A program made the position numbers and the translations under genes. The notes under the pieces are model-generated. The model had not been told where the DNA came from and did not search any database. It saw nothing but the letters and a program-made list of their open reading frames with translations. 38,593 nt of DNA from a virus (Duplodnaviria > Heunggongvirae > Uroviricota > Caudoviricetes). Where the stretch lies: IMG/VR virus record IMGVR_UViG_2778261460_000002; one strand, 5' to 3'. Below, in pieces: positions 35,527 through 38,593 of this stretch; within the stretch, counting starts at the first letter, position 1, and every line of letters starts with the position of its first letter.

Positions 35527-37212
35527 TTATCCTAATCCTGGCCATACCATGACGATGATTGTCCCTGCCAGCGTCAGCAGGACGTTGGCGATTGCGTAGG
35601 TGCCCGCATAGCCCAGCGCAGGGATGTTACTGCGAGCTGTATCACTGATGATCTCCATTGCCGGCGCGCAGGTGCGTGCGCCCATCATTGCGCCGAACAA
35701 CAGTGCGCGGTTCATTCGCAATACATAAGCACCGAACAAGAAACAGATAACCACGGGCACAAGACTGACAATTAATCCGGCAATCAACATCTGACCGCCA
35801 ATCGCGCCCAGGCCGTTATTAATACCGCTACCGGCGCTCAGACCAACGCCTGCCATAAACACCATCAAGCCGAACTCTTTCACCATGCTTAATGCACCTT
35901 GCGGAATGTAACCGAAGGTCGGGTGGTTAGCACGCATAAAGCCCAGCATAATTCCGGCGAATAACAACCCGGCAGCGTTCCCCATGCCGAAACTGAATGT
36001 GCTGAACTGGAAGGTGATCATCCCGATCATCAGCCCAATAACAAAGAAGGCGCAAAATGCCAGCAGGTCAGTGACCTGGCTGTGAATCGAGATAAAGCCG
36101 ATGCGATCGGCGATGGTTTTTACGCGACGGGCATCACCGCTGACTTGTAAAACGTCACCTTTGTTAAGCACGACGTTGTCATCTATCGGCATCTCAATCT
36201 GGCTACGAATGACGCGGTTAAGGAAGCAACCGTGATCGGTCAACTTCAGTTGTGCGAGACGTTTACCTACAGCGTTATGGTTTTTAACGACCACTTCTTC
36301 AGTGACGATACGCATGTCGAGAAGGTCACGATCGAAAACTTCTTTACCGTTACGGAAGCTGGGATCGAGTCGGGCATGGGCGTCGGGATAGCCTACCAAC
36401 GCTATTTCATCGCCCATTTGTAGCACGGCATCACCGTCTGGATTTGCAAGAATCCCGTTACGTCGAATACGTTCAATGTAGCAGCCGGTTTGTCGATAAA
36501 TACCCAGTTCACGCAGATTTTTGCCGTCGGTCCAGGCCACGAGCTCCGGGCCGACGCGATAGGCGCGGATCACCGGTAAATAAACCTTACGGTTGGCATC
36601 AGTGTCCAGGCCACGTTCGCGGGCGATTTGCTGGGCGCTGGTCTGTAAGTCCTGATGCTGCAATTTCGGCAAGTAACGCGCACCAACAATCAAACTCACC
36701 AGACCGATTAAATAGGTTAAGGCATACCCGAGGCTCAGATTATCCAGTGCCAGTGAGAGCTGCCTGCTTTCCATGCCGGAATGACGCAGTGTATCGCCAG
36801 CACCGACCAGAACCGGTGTCGACGTCATAGAGCCTGCTAACATACCGGCCGTCAGGCCAATATCCCAGCCAAACAGCTTACCTAACCCTAAGGCGATCAC
36901 CAGCGCACTGCCAACCATCACCAGTGCTAACATTAGGTAATTTTTCCCATCGCGAAAAAAAATGGAAAAAAAGTTCGGTCCGGCTTCGACCCCGACGCAG
37001 AAAATAAACAGCATAAAGCCAAGATTAAGCGCATCGGTGTTAATGCTGAAATGTTGTTGGCCTAATAACAGCGATACGACTAAAACGCCAATGGAATTAC
37101 CCAGTTGGATCGAACCAAGTCGTAACTTTCCGAGACATAGCCCAAGCGCGAGGACCACAAATAATAACAGAATGTAATTCCCATTTAACAATTCGGCGAC
37201 GTTTATATTCAC
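35527..37212 (-). CDS. ybjL: Putative transport protein YbjL (AAE-family transporter)
   Basis: 561-aa polytopic membrane protein with two membrane domains flanking a cytoplasmic region; matches E. coli YbjL as recalled. Confidence 0.85.
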
Positions 37213-37481
37213 GGAGGCTAACTTCTTGTTTACTAGTAAGCTGTTGAAAGAAATGGTAATTTACGATAATGTTTTTTACCAGAATTCAGGGCGCAGATTC
37301 ATTCAGCGCACCTAAACGATAGTAAAGTAACAATATATTTTACTAGTGTAATCACATTAGGTATCAACGGCTATATGAATTGCGTTGGCCTATATTAGCA
37401 TGGAATGCGAAGCGGCTTTATCTTACTGAACGCCACACTGGCGAAAAATGTGTTCGATAGACGCAGTGTCAGGAGGAACGA

Positions 37482-37859
37482 GTGAAACATAAACAACGTT
37501 GGGCGGGGGCAATCTGCTGTTTTGTCCTCTTCATTGTGGTGTGCCTTTTTCTGGCGACGCACATGAAAGGCGCTTTTCGGGCTGCCGGGCATCCTGAAAT
37601 CGGCTTGCTATTTTTCATTCTTCCTGGAGCAGTCGCCAGCTTCTTTTCACAGCGTAGAGAAGTCCTGAAACCTCTGTTTGGCGCAATGCTGGCGGCACCC
37701 TGTTCGATGCTCATTATGCGGCTGTTTTTTTCACCGACGCGCTCATTCTGGCAAGAGCTGGCATGGTTACTAAGCGCGGTGTTCTGGTGTGCGCTGGGGG
37801 CACTGTGTTTCTTATTTATCAGTAGTTTGTTTAAACCACAGCACAGAAAAAATCAGTAA
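37482..37859 (+). CDS. ybjM: Inner membrane protein YbjM
   Basis: 125-aa hydrophobic protein, conserved synteny ybjL-ybjM-grxA. Confidence 0.8.
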   Translation: MKHKQRWAGAICCFVLFIVVCLFLATHMKGAFRAAGHPEIGLLFFILPGAVASFFSQRREVLKPLFGAMLAAPCSMLIMRLFFSPTRSFWQELAWLLSAVFWCALGALCFLFISSLFKPQHRKNQ

Positions 37860-37888
37860 AGCCCTCAACGCGAGGGCTTGTCAGACGA

Positions 37889-38146
37889 TCAGGCGTCCAG
37901 ATTTTCTTTCACCCATGCAGCAAAATCGGTATAGCCGCCGATATGTTGCTGATCGACAAAAATCTGCGGCACGGTTTCTACGGGTTTACCTGCCTTTTGT
38001 TGTAGATCTTCTTTAGTGATCCCTTCCGCACGAATATCTACATACTGATACTGAAAATCATCGCGTTCATTGCTCAATTTCTCAGCCAGATCTTTTGCAC
38101 GCACACAGTAAGGGCAACCCGAACGACCAAAAATAACGGTTTGCAT
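37889..38146 (-). CDS. grxA: Glutaredoxin 1
   Basis: 85-aa product MQTVIFGRSGCPYCVRAKDLAEKL... with CPYC active site. Confidence 0.9.
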   Translation of the reverse strand: MQTVIFGRSGCPYCVRAKDLAEKLSNERDDFQYQYVDIRAEGITKEDLQQKAGKPVETVPQIFVDQQHIGGYTDFAAWVKENLDA

Positions 38147-38305
38147 TATTTCTCTCCTCATAGATTTATGCCTGTAATGATCACGCTAAAATGTATTCGC
38201 TGAAAGTAGGTTTAACCTGTTGCATTAATTGCTAAAAGCTATAACTGTTAAACACAATACAGTGAAAAGTTTTAGACTGAAGGCTCACTTTGCAGAGGGA
38301 AGCGT

Positions 38306-38593
38306 ATGCGCGCGATCGGTAAATTGCCTAAAGGCGTGTTGATACTGGAATTTATCGGAATGATGCTACTGGCGGTGGCGCTGCTGTCGGTAAGCGACTC
38401 CCTGTCGCTGCCTGAGCCATTTTCTCGGCCAGAAGTGCAGATTCTGATGATTTTTCTCGGTGTTTTGCTCATGCTTCCCGCTGCGGTGGTGGTTATTCTT
38501 CAGGTGGCAAAACGTCTTGCCCCACAGCTGATGAACCGTCCACCGCAATATTCACGTTCAGAAAGAGAAAAAGATAATGACGCCAACCATTGA
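38306..38593 (+). CDS. ybjC: Membrane protein YbjC
   Basis: 95-aa ORF with two hydrophobic helices; stop codon is the last triplet of the window; synteny with grxA. Confidence 0.8.
   Translation: MRAIGKLPKGVLILEFIGMMLLAVALLSVSDSLSLPEPFSRPEVQILMIFLGVLLMLPAAVVVILQVAKRLAPQLMNRPPQYSRSEREKDNDANH

Noticed and set aside
37858-37885. Hairpin gccctc-aacgc-gagggc between convergent ybjM and grxA
   Set aside because: Likely an intergenic terminator but lacks a clear T-run on either side; left unannotated.
1-38593. CRISPR arrays, tRNA/rRNA genes, insertion sequences
   Set aside because: No regularly spaced direct repeats, no cloverleaf-like conserved tRNA sequences, and no transposase-like ORF or terminal inverted repeats were seen by eye; not confirmable without tools.

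Overview
The window holds an almost complete P2-family prophage of the phage 186 type (about 1-35.3 kb), followed by E. coli-type core genes ybjL-ybjM-grxA-ybjC. All calls rest on reading the translated ORFs and motifs by eye; no database search was run. Backbone order: int, cI, apl, cII, fil, early ORFs, dam, replication A, LexA-boxed tum/dinI-like pair, cos, portal Q and terminase P (minus strand), capsid O/N/M/L, X, holin, endolysin, LysA/B/C, R, S, baseplate V/W/J/I, tail fibre H with an invertible C-terminal segment and invertase, sheath FI, tube FII, E/E' (-1 frameshift), tape measure T, U, D, ogr. Four AT-rich accessory insertions interrupt this backbone and are the main candidates for anti-phage or moron functions: (1) between int and cI, a 558-aa membrane-anchored coiled-coil protein with a C-terminal T5orf172/GIY-YIG-like domain; (2) between the tum/dinI module and cos, a 203-aa single-TM protein; (3) between cos and the portal gene, a 232-aa zinc-ribbon protein with a DUF4145/HEPN-like C-terminus; (4) between S and the V late promoter, a translationally coupled ABC-ATPase plus DUF4435/Toprim-like pair resembling PARIS (AriA/AriB). 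Loci 2 and 3 are the least recognisable and the best candidates for an undescribed system.
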